A stretch of DNA of 64,000 bases from Albugo candida (lineage: Eukaryota), in assembly GCA_040437565.1 (NCBI GenBank), contig JBDOQK010000016.1, positions 248,001-312,000 on the forward strand. The letters run 5' to 3'. Positions 48,931 through 60,911 of the stretch are shown here, one piece after another (position 1 is the first letter of the stretch; every line of letters starts with the position of its first letter). The notes beneath the pieces were generated by a model. The model made no database searches. It was not told where the DNA came from and was given only the letters and a program-made list of their open reading frames with translations. The position numbers and the translations under genes were made by a program.

Positions 48931-51900
48931 TCACGTTCGCTTGGCATTCGCAACTGTAACGACATGGAAGCGTGTGCCGTACGAAAGCCTGTATGGATTA
49001 AAATCCTAAAGAGGCATTTAGAAAAACTCACGCAAATGTGTGGAACTTGTACCTCTGTAGCTTGAAACGTGTCAATGAAAATGATTTCCCCACAGATATA
49101 CGCCGGGAATTGATTATTTTCTTCCTTCTTTTCATTCATGCGAGCTGCTTGTATAGCTTCACTCGACAGAAAGTAGTTTGGCATGCCTTCATTGAATGCA
49201 ACATACGGAAGCTTTCCCCCCTTGAGAAAAAATAAAGCCAAATGATTGATCTGAAACTTTCTGAACGAAATGCGTTGATGCTGATTGAATGTAATTGAAA
49301 CTGATGAAAGAGAAGGTTGGGACGACGTGGTGGATGCATCGGATGCTTGGTCGTGCCGTGGACATAGAGGGCTACTAGTAGCTGTGGGAGTTGATAAACC
49401 AGCTAGTTTCTGAGACAAAGGAAGTGCTTCCGTCACGCCATCGCCATTTTGCGCGTTGCTCATGTCAAACCAAGAGGAAGATAAAGGCGCTACAGTCACT
49501 ACGTGGTATTTCATTCCTTCTCGAAGACAATAGGGCTTTGACTCCTATCACAAAAATGTATCAGAGCCGGTAAATGGACTAATGATCACGTACCTTTGTT
49601 GTGACATAGTCTTCAACATAGACAATACAACCGAGTACGTATGGTGGATTTCTAGTACAACGAGTAAGAAAAGTGGTAAGGGAATGAAAATCTACGTTGT
49701 ACTTTTCATCACGTTTGAAAGCTTCGATGGACTCGTCGGACAAGTAATAATGTGGGCAGCCTTCATGAAATGCAATGTAATCGCCAAACGGTGTCGGGAC
49801 GAACAATGCTACGCTCCCACATGCAAATGAACGATACGAGATACCTAAAAATTCTTCGATTTCACGTTCTTCTAAATTCCGCTCCCGTTTTCCTTCGGAC
49901 AATAAAGCTTCTGCAAGCTGTTGCGTCGTCAAAATTGTAGTTCGAGGGGATGACAAAGTGGAACTCTGGGGCATAGATGTGGATATTTGATCGGCATAAT
50001 TTTTTCTTGGTCGATCGCTGATGNNNNNNNNNNNNNNNNNNNNNNNNNNNNNNNNNNNNNNNNNNNNNNNNNNNNNNNNNNNNNNNNNNNNNNNNNNNNN
50101 NNNNNNNNNNNNNNNNNNNNNNNAGTAATAATGTGGGCAGCCTTCATGAAATGCAATGTAATCGCCAAACGGTGTCGGGACGAACAATGCTACGCTCCCA
50201 CATGCAAATGAACGATACGAGATACCTAAAAATTCTTCGATTTCACGTTCTTCTAAATTCCGCTCCCGTTTTCCTTCGGACAATAAAGCTTCTGCAAGCT
50301 GTTGCGTCGTCAAAATTGTAGTTCGAGGGGATGACAAAGTGGAACTCTGGGGCATAGATGTGGATATTTGATCGGCATAATTTTTTCTTGGTCGATCGCT
50401 GATGATTTTATCCAGTTCTGTGGCGCTATTTTCAACGCTTATATTTTCAGGAAGATCCAACGTATTTGGCAACTTGTTAGGTGTGTCATGAAATTCCATC
50501 GAGAGTTTATCCTCTCCCTTTATGGTATCAGTTGCCAAGGTTGTCGTGGATCCAACCGGTAATTGCTCTATCATATCAACGCTTAGATCTTTCGTGTCTA
50601 ATACTTTCCGGCCAACATCCTCATATTCTTTTTCCACAATCACATACTCTTCACTGAATGTGGCCCAATCTTCTGCTAAAGACAGTCAGTTATTGACGCA
50701 TGAGGTATACCTGGGCACATACCGTAATGTATTTGTTCTTCGGCAATTAGAGCATGTTTGTTTGCGAGGCTAGCACTACCGGATTCTAGCTCCTTTGCAA
50801 TCTCTTCTGTTGGGAGAGGTGGAAGTAAAAAATCGGCTCGAAAGAAATCTTCAAACGAAATTCGCTCTTGCGGATCAACTCGTAACAAATCCGCAACAAG
50901 CCTTGCACACTCGACAGAGACCATTACTTTTGCGGGAAAGCGAACGTGATCATTGTGTCGAAAATATCGATGGATATTTCGCCTTAATGCCAAATGATTT
51001 GTCGCCTGGCAGTTGTCCACGAGCAAAAACGGATGGTCGTTCGCAAGCATCTCATACAAAATGATTCCCACAGACCATAAGTCAGCTTTTGCGTCATAAC
51101 TCTTATACTCCAGTAGTTCGGGAGCCATATAAAGAGGAGACCCCACAACACTTTCAGCAAGCATTTCTTGTTGTAATTCCCGAGCAAAGCCAAAGTCGGC
51201 TGTGTTGATTTATTACATCCGAATCTACTTCCAATCGTTTAAAGCGACACGTACCGATTTTCAATTTCGCCGTACTTATGTTCTTAGAAGACAGCAAAAG
51301 ATTTGCTGGTTTTAAGTCTCTATGAACGACATTTTGTGAGCGTAAAAATTGGAGTCCAGCCGCTACAATTAACATCCATCAGATGACACCAATCAATTAT
51401 GGTGATAAGTTACCAAGCTGTGCCATAAAACTTCTGGCCTCGTCCTCAGATAATCCTTGCTGAGCTTTGATTATTTGTGCAATATCTCCTCCGGCGCAGT
51501 ATTCCTACAGAAGTACCCACTGAGTTTTTATATAAAGATAATTCGGAACATACGTACCAAAACAATAAAAATGTGGTGCTGTGATTCTTTGGTGCAAAGA
51601 AGGCGAACAATATGCGGATGCCCGTTTTCGTATTGCTCCACAGCTACTCGCATGGTTTCTATTTCTTTTTCTATGCTTTGCCGCTCATGAGGCCGTCGCA
51701 ATTTATCTTTAGCGATCAATTTGATTGCGACAGCGGCTCCTGTTGACAAATTGGTAGCTTTATGGACCTAGATAGCGATATGAGATTTTGGAGGTCAATG
51801 ACATCCACCTATGTACACTACCGTTCCGTATGATCCTCTTCCGATTGTCTCGACCAAACTGTAGCTTGTATGAGCATAGTCTTTTTATATGAGTATTGAA

Positions 51901-51957
51901 AGCGTACCGAAAGATGTTGCCGCAAACTGCGATCGACTGTCCATTAGTTGTGCTCAT
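48931..51957 (-). CDS. ATG1: ATG1/ULK-like Ser/Thr kinase with two C-terminal Atg11/FIP200 Claw-like domains, multi-exon
   Basis: GRGSYG, VAIK, HRDLKPANLLL, DFGFAR and GSPLYMAPE..YDAKADLWSVG. C-terminal ISYRSF..VALFVPT..AFHEGCPHYYLS and ISFRKFQ..LALFF..AFNEGMPNYFLS. Confidence 0.85.
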
Positions 51958-54900
51958 GATCGATAGTCAACAGTTTGGCTTTGAGCAATATAGAATTGAG
52001 TTCTTTTTTCCGCTTGCTCTATCCTTACATGATCATCTGTAGCAGGTTACGCATTCATGGCGTATATCAGCTCTTAGAGTCGAAAGGACCTGCCGGAGGT
52101 AAGATTCTCAGTTAGAAGGAAATAATGTAAGGTGACTGACAATTTCTGATTCTAATGTGCTCTTCGTTGCTGTCCCGTATCCATTTCTGTCATCTTTCTC
52201 TACCTCACTTACAACGCAAGAAAAACCTCTCCGATTACATATATATAATGCAGCATCTTATCACACTTTCAGGATTCTCTTGATCCATTATCCATAGTAA
52301 GTCAACAGAGAAAGTCATTTCTGTGCAGCGCGAATTGTGAGCAATCAGTATGGTAGCAAGGTAATTCTGCTTGATCACATGCAATCGTATGACTCATTTT
52401 ACGGCTCTTTTGAAACTAAGCGATAAACGGTGCCATTGAATTTAGTAATCATTCAAATTAACGTTTTCACTAAATCCCTCTGACCAGATTTTTAAATCTA
52501 ATCTATGACGCCAAGTGTCATGAGTATTTGTGACAGAGACAGATAGGAAGCTCCAATCAAATGTAATCGGTGATGTCAATTTTATTCTCTGTGCCCATGA
52601 TAATGCGGTATACAATTCTTAAAATTATTTCCATCAGAAAGCTCGAAAATCCGAGCGCTCCGTATCAGATTTCAGAATCTCTTTTAGATAGCGCTATTGT
52701 ATGTCTCGTTCTGCCCACGATCATTGCTCGTAATGTGATCAAGGTTGCAGAGCAANNNNNNNNNNNNNNNNNNNNNNNNNNNNNNNNNNNNNNNNNNNNN
52801 NNNNNNNNNNNNNNNNNNNNNNNNNNNNNNNNNNNNNNNNNNNNNNNNNNNNNNNATCAGTATGGTAGCAAGGTAATTCTGCTTGATCACATGCAATCGT
52901 ATGACTCATTTTACGGCTCTTTTGAAACTAAGCGATAAACGGTGCCATTGAATTTAGTAATCATTCAAATTAACGTTTTCACTAAATCCCTCTGACCAGA
53001 TTTTTAAATCTAATCTATGACGCCAAGTGTCATGAGTATTTGTGACAGAGACAGATAGGAAGCTCCAATCAAATGTAATCGGTGATGTCAATTTTATTCT
53101 CTGTGCCCATGATAATGCGGTATACAATTCTTAAAATTATTTCCATCAGAAAGCTCGAAAATCCGAGCGCTCCGTATCAGATTTCAGAATCTCTTTTAGA
53201 TAGCGCTATTGTATGTCTCGTTCTGCCCACGATCATTGCTCGTAATGTGATCAAGGTTGCAGAGCAAGCATGACCGGGAAGACGGCAGTAAATTGTATAA
53301 AACCGCAACATTACCCATTAAGTCATAAATAGCTGCACACTTCACTCGAGAACGACGAGAGCCGCGGTAATTGGTGGCTTTTTTTTACCATAAATTGGTA
53401 CTTAGCCTCTTACAACCAAGATGCATTGACTTAGAAACCAAACCGCTAGTTATCTTATCCAAAGCGAACCTCAACAAGACATGGATGCATTACCGAACGC
53501 AGTTATGTCTACACCGCTTTCTTGCTTCTACATGTCAACCAGCTAATGAGGCTTTCATGATAAATGGTGATCGGATCACGACCACAAATGGCGCGTTCGC
53601 CTTGATTTCAATCTTTCTATCCTCACTTTTGTGTTCCGGATATACTTGTTCAACAGCATGCTTCAGAGCATGAAAGGCCATGTTTGTACTTGCATGGTAT
53701 CATGATATGTATAAGCTACTCTTGTACATTGGGATGCTTGATGATTGTTGATACTACTTCTATCGATCCAAATTATGCAGAGACATGCGATCAAGAAGGT
53801 GAACTCGTGGCCAATATGGATTACTTATCCAGTCAATTGCGAAGACTTACCCTTCTCAGCTAGTAATTGATCTGATGGAAGTACGAGGATTGGAGCTGAG
53901 CTTGCCGGATTTCTTGATAAGGGTGCATCTCAAGATATTCATGTGGGGATGAGAACGATGACATTTGGAACCCAATTAAGAGCGCAATGTGAGGAACCAA
54001 AGTAACTGGCCCTCAACTGTGTTTTTAAACCGCACGAGAATATTGACAACCTAAAGGGGTTAGTTGTCCTGTTCTTCACGCGTATGTTGGAATAAGCAAC
54101 CTTTTCTTCTCCGTAGACACTTTTAGCGCGTCATGCCTTGATCTTGAATCCACACCATGCCTTGACACACTCCAGATCCTTTCAGGTAACTACCCGTTGA
54201 CGTCATATTTTTCTATTCATATATATCATCGGTAGGGCGGGCGTCAGGACGCGACATTAGCAAGCATCAAATTGTACGACCAAAGCACCCCGTCAAAACG
54301 TTCAAATATATATAATGATAAGAGAACTATCAATCTCTACAAGGGAGCTAGGGATTCGTGTTTTAATCAATAGCAAAATAGCTCTCGTTTACATATGACT
54401 GTAGAACTTTGTGATCACTCCACGGAAGAATATTGAAAGAGAAAAACTGATTGATCAATGATCTCTGCATTTAAATAAGGAATCCTGATGATGAAACCGT
54501 GAGGATAGGGTCGGAGGTAATGACGCAATGTTGTGGCAGACTTCCGAATGAGAATCTCATACCACTCAGCACCAAAAATACTCCGTGCATGAACCTTTAC
54601 AAGGGTAAGTAGCGAGATAGGTTTGCCTAAGCACACGTACAATTACTAGAAAATTGTAGAAATACGTCTTGTTGCTTGAAGAAGGAACTGAATCATCATA
54701 AGGGGCTTGCCTTCAATTTTCATCATTGAGTTTGTAACATCAACAAGCAATTCAATATGAAGCATCTCAACTATTGTGGTCGAGTATATCAGTCTTCAAA
54801 TCCAGATCATTATCTTGAAGCATCGAAATGTCTACTCTATGATGGCAGTAACTAATTCTGCAGCTCAGAATCCTATAAAATACTAAGCTGTTTCTAGATC

Positions 54901-55960
54901 GGTGTAATTTGGATCATAAGCGATCATAAGTATATAATCTATCACGTTGACATCTACCAATAATGAATCACTCAAGAGCTTGGGAAACGTGAATAACTAG
55001 AATAACTAGAAAAACTTCACTGTTTAGGATGACGAAACTAACCACCTGATCACCAACTCGGATGTATGAAGGGATTCATCTTGCTAGAATAATGAGATGA
55101 AGAATCCAAACTATATATATCGTCAAAGCTGCAACGGTTGCGCCATCTCGTGTCCACCTTACGTGATGGCGACTGTCACTTTGACCCATCGATATCTTTT
55201 TGGGCTGAAAGCAGACGTGAATAAAAGTGTATTATATCTCGATGATCAAAATATTGCTTATGTAGCAGGTCACGTTATTGTCATCTACTCCCTCGATGAG
55301 AAACGACAGAGATTTTTGCCGGGTACAGAAGGAACGCTCGGAATCACTGCGATTGCTGCAAGTTCTGGAGGTCGAAACTTGGCGGTAGCTGAGAGAAATG
55401 ATCGAGCTGTCATCAGTATCTTTGATATCAAAGCACTCAAGCGACGTAAAGTATTAAGTAACGCAGAAGCCCAGACTCGAATATACGTTGCAGTTGAGTT
55501 CAGCTCTGACAACCAGCTTTTATTGGCACAAGGAGGTGACCCAGACTGGGTATTGTATTGCTGGGATTTGTCCAAAGGTAAACTGATGGCGAGTATCACG
55601 AGTCCTTTGTCACTTGGCAATATTATCAACGCACCTCAACCATCACCACTTGTAGCCAACAGCACATCACATCTGTCTCCTAGCTTGCAATACAGGTCAA
55701 GAGGCTCCAGTGTATCGTTTGGTATAGATCCATCAAGCAGTGGATCAGGTAGCCTTATCTCAACGGCTANNNNNNNNNNNNNNNNNNNNNNNNNNNNNNN
55801 NNNNNNNNNNNNNNNNNNNNNNNNNNNNNNNNNNNNNNNNNNNNNNNNNNNNNNNNNNNNNNNNNNNNNCTAGAAAAACTTCACTGTTTAGGATGACGAA
55901 ACTAACCACCTGATCACCAACTCGGATGTATGAAGGGATTCATCTTGCTAGAATAATGAG

Positions 55961-58900
55961 ATGAAGAATCCAAACTATATATATCGTCAAAGCTGCAACG
56001 GTTGCGCCATCTCGTGTCCACCTTACGTGATGGCGACTGTCACTTTGACCCATCGATATCTTTTTGGGCTGAAAGCAGACGTGAATAAAAGTGTATTATA
56101 TCTCGATGATCAAAATATTGCTTATGTAGCAGGTCACGTTATTGTCATCTACTCCCTCGATGAGAAACGACAGAGATTTTTGCCGGGTACAGAAGGAACG
56201 CTCGGAATCACTGCGATTGCTGCAAGTTCTGGAGGTCGAAACTTGGCGGTAGCTGAGAGAAATGATCGAGCTGTCATCAGTATCTTTGATATCAAAGCAC
56301 TCAAGCGACGTAAAGTATTAAGTAACGCAGAAGCCCAGACTCGAATATACGTTGCAGTTGAGTTCAGCTCTGACAACCAGCTTTTATTGGCACAAGGAGG
56401 TGACCCAGACTGGGTATTGTATTGCTGGGATTTGTCCAAAGGTAAACTGATGGCGAGTATCACGAGTCCTTTGTCACTTGGCAATATTATCAACGCACCT
56501 CAACCATCACCACTTGTAGCCAACAGCACATCACATCTGTCTCCTAGCTTGCAATACAGGTCAAGAGGCTCCAGTGTATCGTTTGGTATAGATCCATCAA
56601 GCAGTGGATCAGGTAGCCTTATCTCAACGGCTATCGTTACAGCATGTACTTTCAATCCAACAGACCCTGGTCTCATTTGTGTCACGGGAGCAAACTTGAT
56701 AAGATTTTTTCGACTTACAGAAAGCACGTTTCGTCCTTTGCCAGGTATCGGGACTGAAACAAACAATTATACGTGCCACACTTGGGTCAAACAAGTCGAG
56801 CATTTCGTTGTAGCTGGTACAAGCTCTGGTGATCTCATACTTTTTACGAGTGGCGTCTTTAGCTGCAGTTTGAATGCATCGCCAAAGACACTGATGAAAA
56901 CTGAACCCGACGAGCCTCATATAGGAGTTTCTTCCCTCGTATCTGTACATAAAGGCATTCTATGCGGGCTCGATAATGGAACAGTGTTTATGTACAAAAT
57001 CAAAGATGGAGAAGATATAACGAGCAAACAAGAGCTTGAGAAAGGTGATCTCCTGGTCCCTCAGCGTCGCCTTCGAGTCGAGTCAAACCTCTGTCAGATC
57101 CGGACGATAGCTGTGCCACCTGTGGAAGATACTATCCTTGTGTCAACTTCGAGCGGCCAGCTATATACTTTTCCATATCGTATAAAAATTGACCCTTTCT
57201 TAGTGAAAACACGATCCCAAAGGAGAAAAGTCACGTTCGGCATCAAGACCGAGCTGATACCAGTCAATGCGAGCTCGCTTTTTGAAGACAATTTGGTGCA
57301 AACGGGGGATTATGAATCAGAAGTAACGGACGATGAAGTCGATTATTTGATCACACCTTTCCATAGTGCCCACGATTCAATGAATGCGTCTGGGTCGATC
57401 ACGGGGCTGGATGTCTGTGTCCGAAAGTCGATAATAGTGACTTGCGGCTATGATCGGACGGTGCGTTTATGGAATTATATTGATAAATCGTGTGAGATAG
57501 TTAAGACATTTGGTGAAGAAGCATATAGTGTTGCTCTGCATCCTTCTGGTCTCCATCTTGTCGTCGGATTTGCCGATAAATTACGTCTGATGACAATTCT
57601 TATGGACGACATTCGACCGTTTAGAGAGTTTGCTATCAAAGCCTGTCGCGAATGCCAGTTCGCGAACGGTGGACATTTGTTCGCAGCTGTGAATGGAAAC
57701 ACTATACAAGTATACAATTTCTTTTCCTGCGAGGTCGTGGCCAATCTTCGCGGTCATAATGGAAAAGTCCGATGTCTCTACTGGACTTTTGATGACGCGT
57801 ACTTGATCTCTGCTGGAATGGACGGAGCAGTGTATCAATGGGACTTTGAGGAATCCAAACGAGAAGCTGAATTTATACAGAAGGGAGTCCCGTATGTATC
57901 CGTTATTTGCAACCGTGAAAGAAGTGCTATTTACGCTGCTGGAAGTGATAAAATGCTCAAAGAAATCGAATTTCCATCGTCTCAGCTGCAACGGGAGTTT
58001 GGGTGTGGGAATACCTTGGGTCAAATCGTGGTCTCCAATTCCCAGCGAATGTTTTTCGCATCCACCGCAGATAGCGATAGGCCTGGAGCTGTTCGCGTGT
58101 ACGAATTCCCTCTAACAGGTGATTACTATGAGCTTCAATGCTCGAGTTTTCCCATTACGCGTCTACGCATCAGCTTCGACGATACTTTCTTATTTACAGC
58201 AAGCGAAGATGGAATTGTTGGTATTTTTGAAATTCGCGACAAAGAAGGCCGATCTCGCTCACGAGAAGCACAACAGTCCATGCAACTGGGTCTTAACAAC
58301 TGGACAACGAGTCAGTCTTCTGATGAGATTCTGGTCACAAGAAGCGATTTAGAAGATAAGACCTCTACAATAACTGAATTAAAGCATAAAGTCGACGAAT
58401 TGATACTTCAAAACGAGTATCAGTTGCGATTAAAGGACATGACATTTCACGAGCAATTAAAAGAATTAAATGAACGCTTTGCACAGGAAATTACCACCGA
58501 AAAAAACACGTTTGAACATTTCAGAGTCGAAAAGAACAATATGGAAATCGACTATGAAGAAAAAATCAAACAATTGGACGAACGACATTTTGAAGAGATA
58601 CAGGAAACTGAAGCTACTTACCAGCAAGAAATTATGAAAAAAGTAGAACAATATCAACATGTATTACAGGAGAAAGAGTATCAGCACCAACGGTGGAAGC
58701 AGGAACAGATGGGTCTGATCACTACGCATCAAAATTATGTGAAACAAGTGACAGAAGATTTGGAAGAGCGGCTCAGTGAAGATCGATTGCTTCGAGCGCA
58801 TATGGAGGATGAGAATAAGGCGATTGATCGTGAGTATCATGAATCGATGCAGCAGATGGAGTCGGATGTCGATGAGGAGATTGAGCACTTTAAGAACCGC

Positions 58901-59968
58901 TTCAGCGACGCCATTCAAGCCGAACGAGAGATGACATTGCGTTTCAAAGGCGAAAATGGGATTATGAAGAAAAAATTTAGCGCCCTGCAAAAAGAGATTG
59001 AAGAACAACGCGATCAAATAAAACAAATGTTGGAAAAAGAAAAGAAATTAAATGAAGACATCAAGACGATGGAACGAGAAATTCAAGGTTTGAGACGTGA
59101 GATCCGAACGCGAGATGAAGCGATTGGCGATAGAGAGAAACGAATTTACGAGCTCAAGAAAAAGAATCAGGAGCTCGAAAAATTCAAGTTCGTCCTGGAC
59201 TACAAGATCAAGGAGCTGAAGTTGCAGATTGAACCACGCGAGAATGTGATTTCAGGACTCAAAAATCAGATTGAAGAAATGGATTGCGAACTAGAATCAT
59301 TTCATAAAAGTAATACGCAGCTGGATGGTATGATAGGTGAACAGCGCAAACAAATTAACTTCATACAAGAAGAAATTATGAAGATTAGAAAAATCACAAA
59401 ACGTCAGGAGATTTGGTTGCAACGTTTCCATTTTGATTTGCATCAATGTATGCAGTACATTCAAAACCCATCACACTTGAACAAAGAGTTTGATTCGCTG
59501 TACAAAAAGTACGTTATCGAAAACGTATCCAGCAGCGATCTTGAAGTGAAAATCCAGCAAGAATACACTCGTCAAAAAGAATATTTAGAGAGAACGATGC
59601 AAACATTGCGTCAAACGTACGTGGAGGAAGTCATAACTCATGAAAATGATCATTCCAGGATTACTGTGCAGAATCTGAATTTGATCAAAGAAATCAATCA
59701 GTTACGTTCCGATTTGAGTAGTGCAAAGACACAATTACAGATGGAGAAATCCGCTGCGAGTGGCAGTCTACTTCTTCACAGACGGAGGCAAAAGGAACAA
59801 TTTGTGGGCAGAAGCAATACTCTCTTGAAGAATCCGCAGCTGATGATTACGGAGCAAAGCAATCGGATAATTGAGTTACGACGGGCCGTGCAAGCTATGG
59901 AAGGCAAGCTGGATGAGATACGGCACTCCGAAACGCTATTTCCGCCTATTCGAGGCGTCGAAGGGTAA
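55961..59968 (+). CDS. CFAP57: Cilia- and flagella-associated protein 57 (WDR65); true start may be 56030
   Basis: WD40 repeats followed by a long coiled coil containing REKRIYELKKKNQELEKFKFVLDYKIKELKLQIEPRE; also GLDVCVRK and ALHPSGLH. Confidence 0.9.
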   Translation: MKNPNYIYRQSCNGCAISCPPYVMATVTLTHRYLFGLKADVNKSVLYLDDQNIAYVAGHVIVIYSLDEKRQRFLPGTEGTLGITAIAASSGGRNLAVAERNDRAVISIFDIKALKRRKVLSNAEAQTRIYVAVEFSSDNQLLLAQGGDPDWVLYCWDLSKGKLMASITSPLSLGNIINAPQPSPLVANSTSHLSPSLQYRSRGSSVSFGIDPSSSGSGSLISTAIVTACTFNPTDPGLICVTGANLIRFFRLTESTFRPLPGIGTETNNYTCHTWVKQVEHFVVAGTSSGDLILFTSGVFSCSLNASPKTLMKTEPDEPHIGVSSLVSVHKGILCGLDNGTVFMYKIKDGEDITSKQELEKGDLLVPQRRLRVESNLCQIRTIAVPPVEDTILVSTSSGQLYTFPYRIKIDPFLVKTRSQRRKVTFGIKTELIPVNASSLFEDNLVQTGDYESEVTDDEVDYLITPFHSAHDSMNASGSITGLDVCVRKSIIVTCGYDRTVRLWNYIDKSCEIVKTFGEEAYSVALHPSGLHLVVGFADKLRLMTILMDDIRPFREFAIKACRECQFANGGHLFAAVNGNTIQVYNFFSCEVVANLRGHNGKVRCLYWTFDDAYLISAGMDGAVYQWDFEESKREAEFIQKGVPYVSVICNRERSAIYAAGSDKMLKEIEFPSSQLQREFGCGNTLGQIVVSNSQRMFFASTADSDRPGAVRVYEFPLTGDYYELQCSSFPITRLRISFDDTFLFTASEDGIVGIFEIRDKEGRSRSREAQQSMQLGLNNWTTSQSSDEILVTRSDLEDKTSTITELKHKVDELILQNEYQLRLKDMTFHEQLKELNERFAQEITTEKNTFEHFRVEKNNMEIDYEEKIKQLDERHFEEIQETEATYQQEIMKKVEQYQHVLQEKEYQHQRWKQEQMGLITTHQNYVKQVTEDLEERLSEDRLLRAHMEDENKAIDREYHESMQQMESDVDEEIEHFKNRFSDAIQAEREMTLRFKGENGIMKKKFSALQKEIEEQRDQIKQMLEKEKKLNEDIKTMEREIQGLRREIRTRDEAIGDREKRIYELKKKNQELEKFKFVLDYKIKELKLQIEPRENVISGLKNQIEEMDCELESFHKSNTQLDGMIGEQRKQINFIQEEIMKIRKITKRQEIWLQRFHFDLHQCMQYIQNPSHLNKEFDSLYKKYVIENVSSSDLEVKIQQEYTRQKEYLERTMQTLRQTYVEEVITHENDHSRITVQNLNLIKEINQLRSDLSSAKTQLQMEKSAASGSLLLHRRRQKEQFVGRSNTLLKNPQLMITEQSNRIIELRRAVQAMEGKLDEIRHSETLFPPIRGVEG

Positions 59969-60911
59969 GAATGACGAGGTACATTGCGAGTCTAATCAAG
60001 CACGGCCAAGTATGCCATTCCAACCAGCCTAGCTGCAAAGCAAAATAGCTCCGGACCGCAAAGTGCATCCGTATGGAAAGCGTGCAATAAAGGTTCGTTG
60101 CGGTAACAACGAAAATCGCAGCAGATTGCACTGTATGGCGCAGTAATTAGTACCGTGCATATGAATGGGTGAAAACGAACAATCTCAATTAGAAAAGAAG
60201 TGTGCGTAATTTTGTTTGCTGGTCTACGAATAGTTTTCTCGAGAGTGGAATTGTCATACTGTGCTTGGGTATCGAAGCAGATGCCACCACGGTAAGATTT
60301 CCGTCACGGAAAGAATTCTTTCGACTTTGTGACTGTAATGTGAGTAACACTTGTGCGGTCGAGTGAACTTCAACCCTAGTATGGTCGTCCGACCTAACCA
60401 CGTGTTCTATAACCATTGTTCAAGTCTACCTAAACACATAAACTTATATCTCCTTTCCACGTTGTTGGGGAGATAGCCTTTCCAATCATCTGGCAGCATG
60501 CTATCCGCTTCCCATTACAACGCTTCTTCATCTGAAATTGAGAGTCAGTGTGATCCATTTCTATTTTCAAATGTGACATGGAAAAGGGGTGTAAAAGCAT
60601 ACTACACGTAATTGCACGAAGTGACAAGGGTACTCCAACACTTCATAATATCATAATCGTTTCTTTGCAACACTTGACAATTTCTTATCGACTCAACCTG
60701 TAATTTATCGAGTTAAAAGTTGTATACTGATCCCACGTATTCTCTTCGCAAGAACTCCGGCATAGGCAGATCAACTCGCAGAGTGAATTCAAGTACTGGA
60801 CCACATCGATTCCTTACTTTTTCTCCCACGCTTTTTTACAACGTTGCGAGATATCATAATATTTCAGCTACTTGACTTTATCACGTCGATCTTCCTAATT
60901 AGAATTTTGCA

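Noticed and set aside
49743-50404. Third Claw-like repeat in ATG1
   Set aside because: Exact duplicate across the N gap; only two distinct repeats are supported.
52000-55000. Short ORFs in the long intergenic stretch (also 6500-8000 and 60000-60900)
   Set aside because: No recognisable motifs, splice pattern or RNA structure by eye.
55006-56633. Second partial CFAP57 gene (ORF 55097-55873)
   Set aside because: Identical overlap around a 100-N gap; treated as an assembly artefact.
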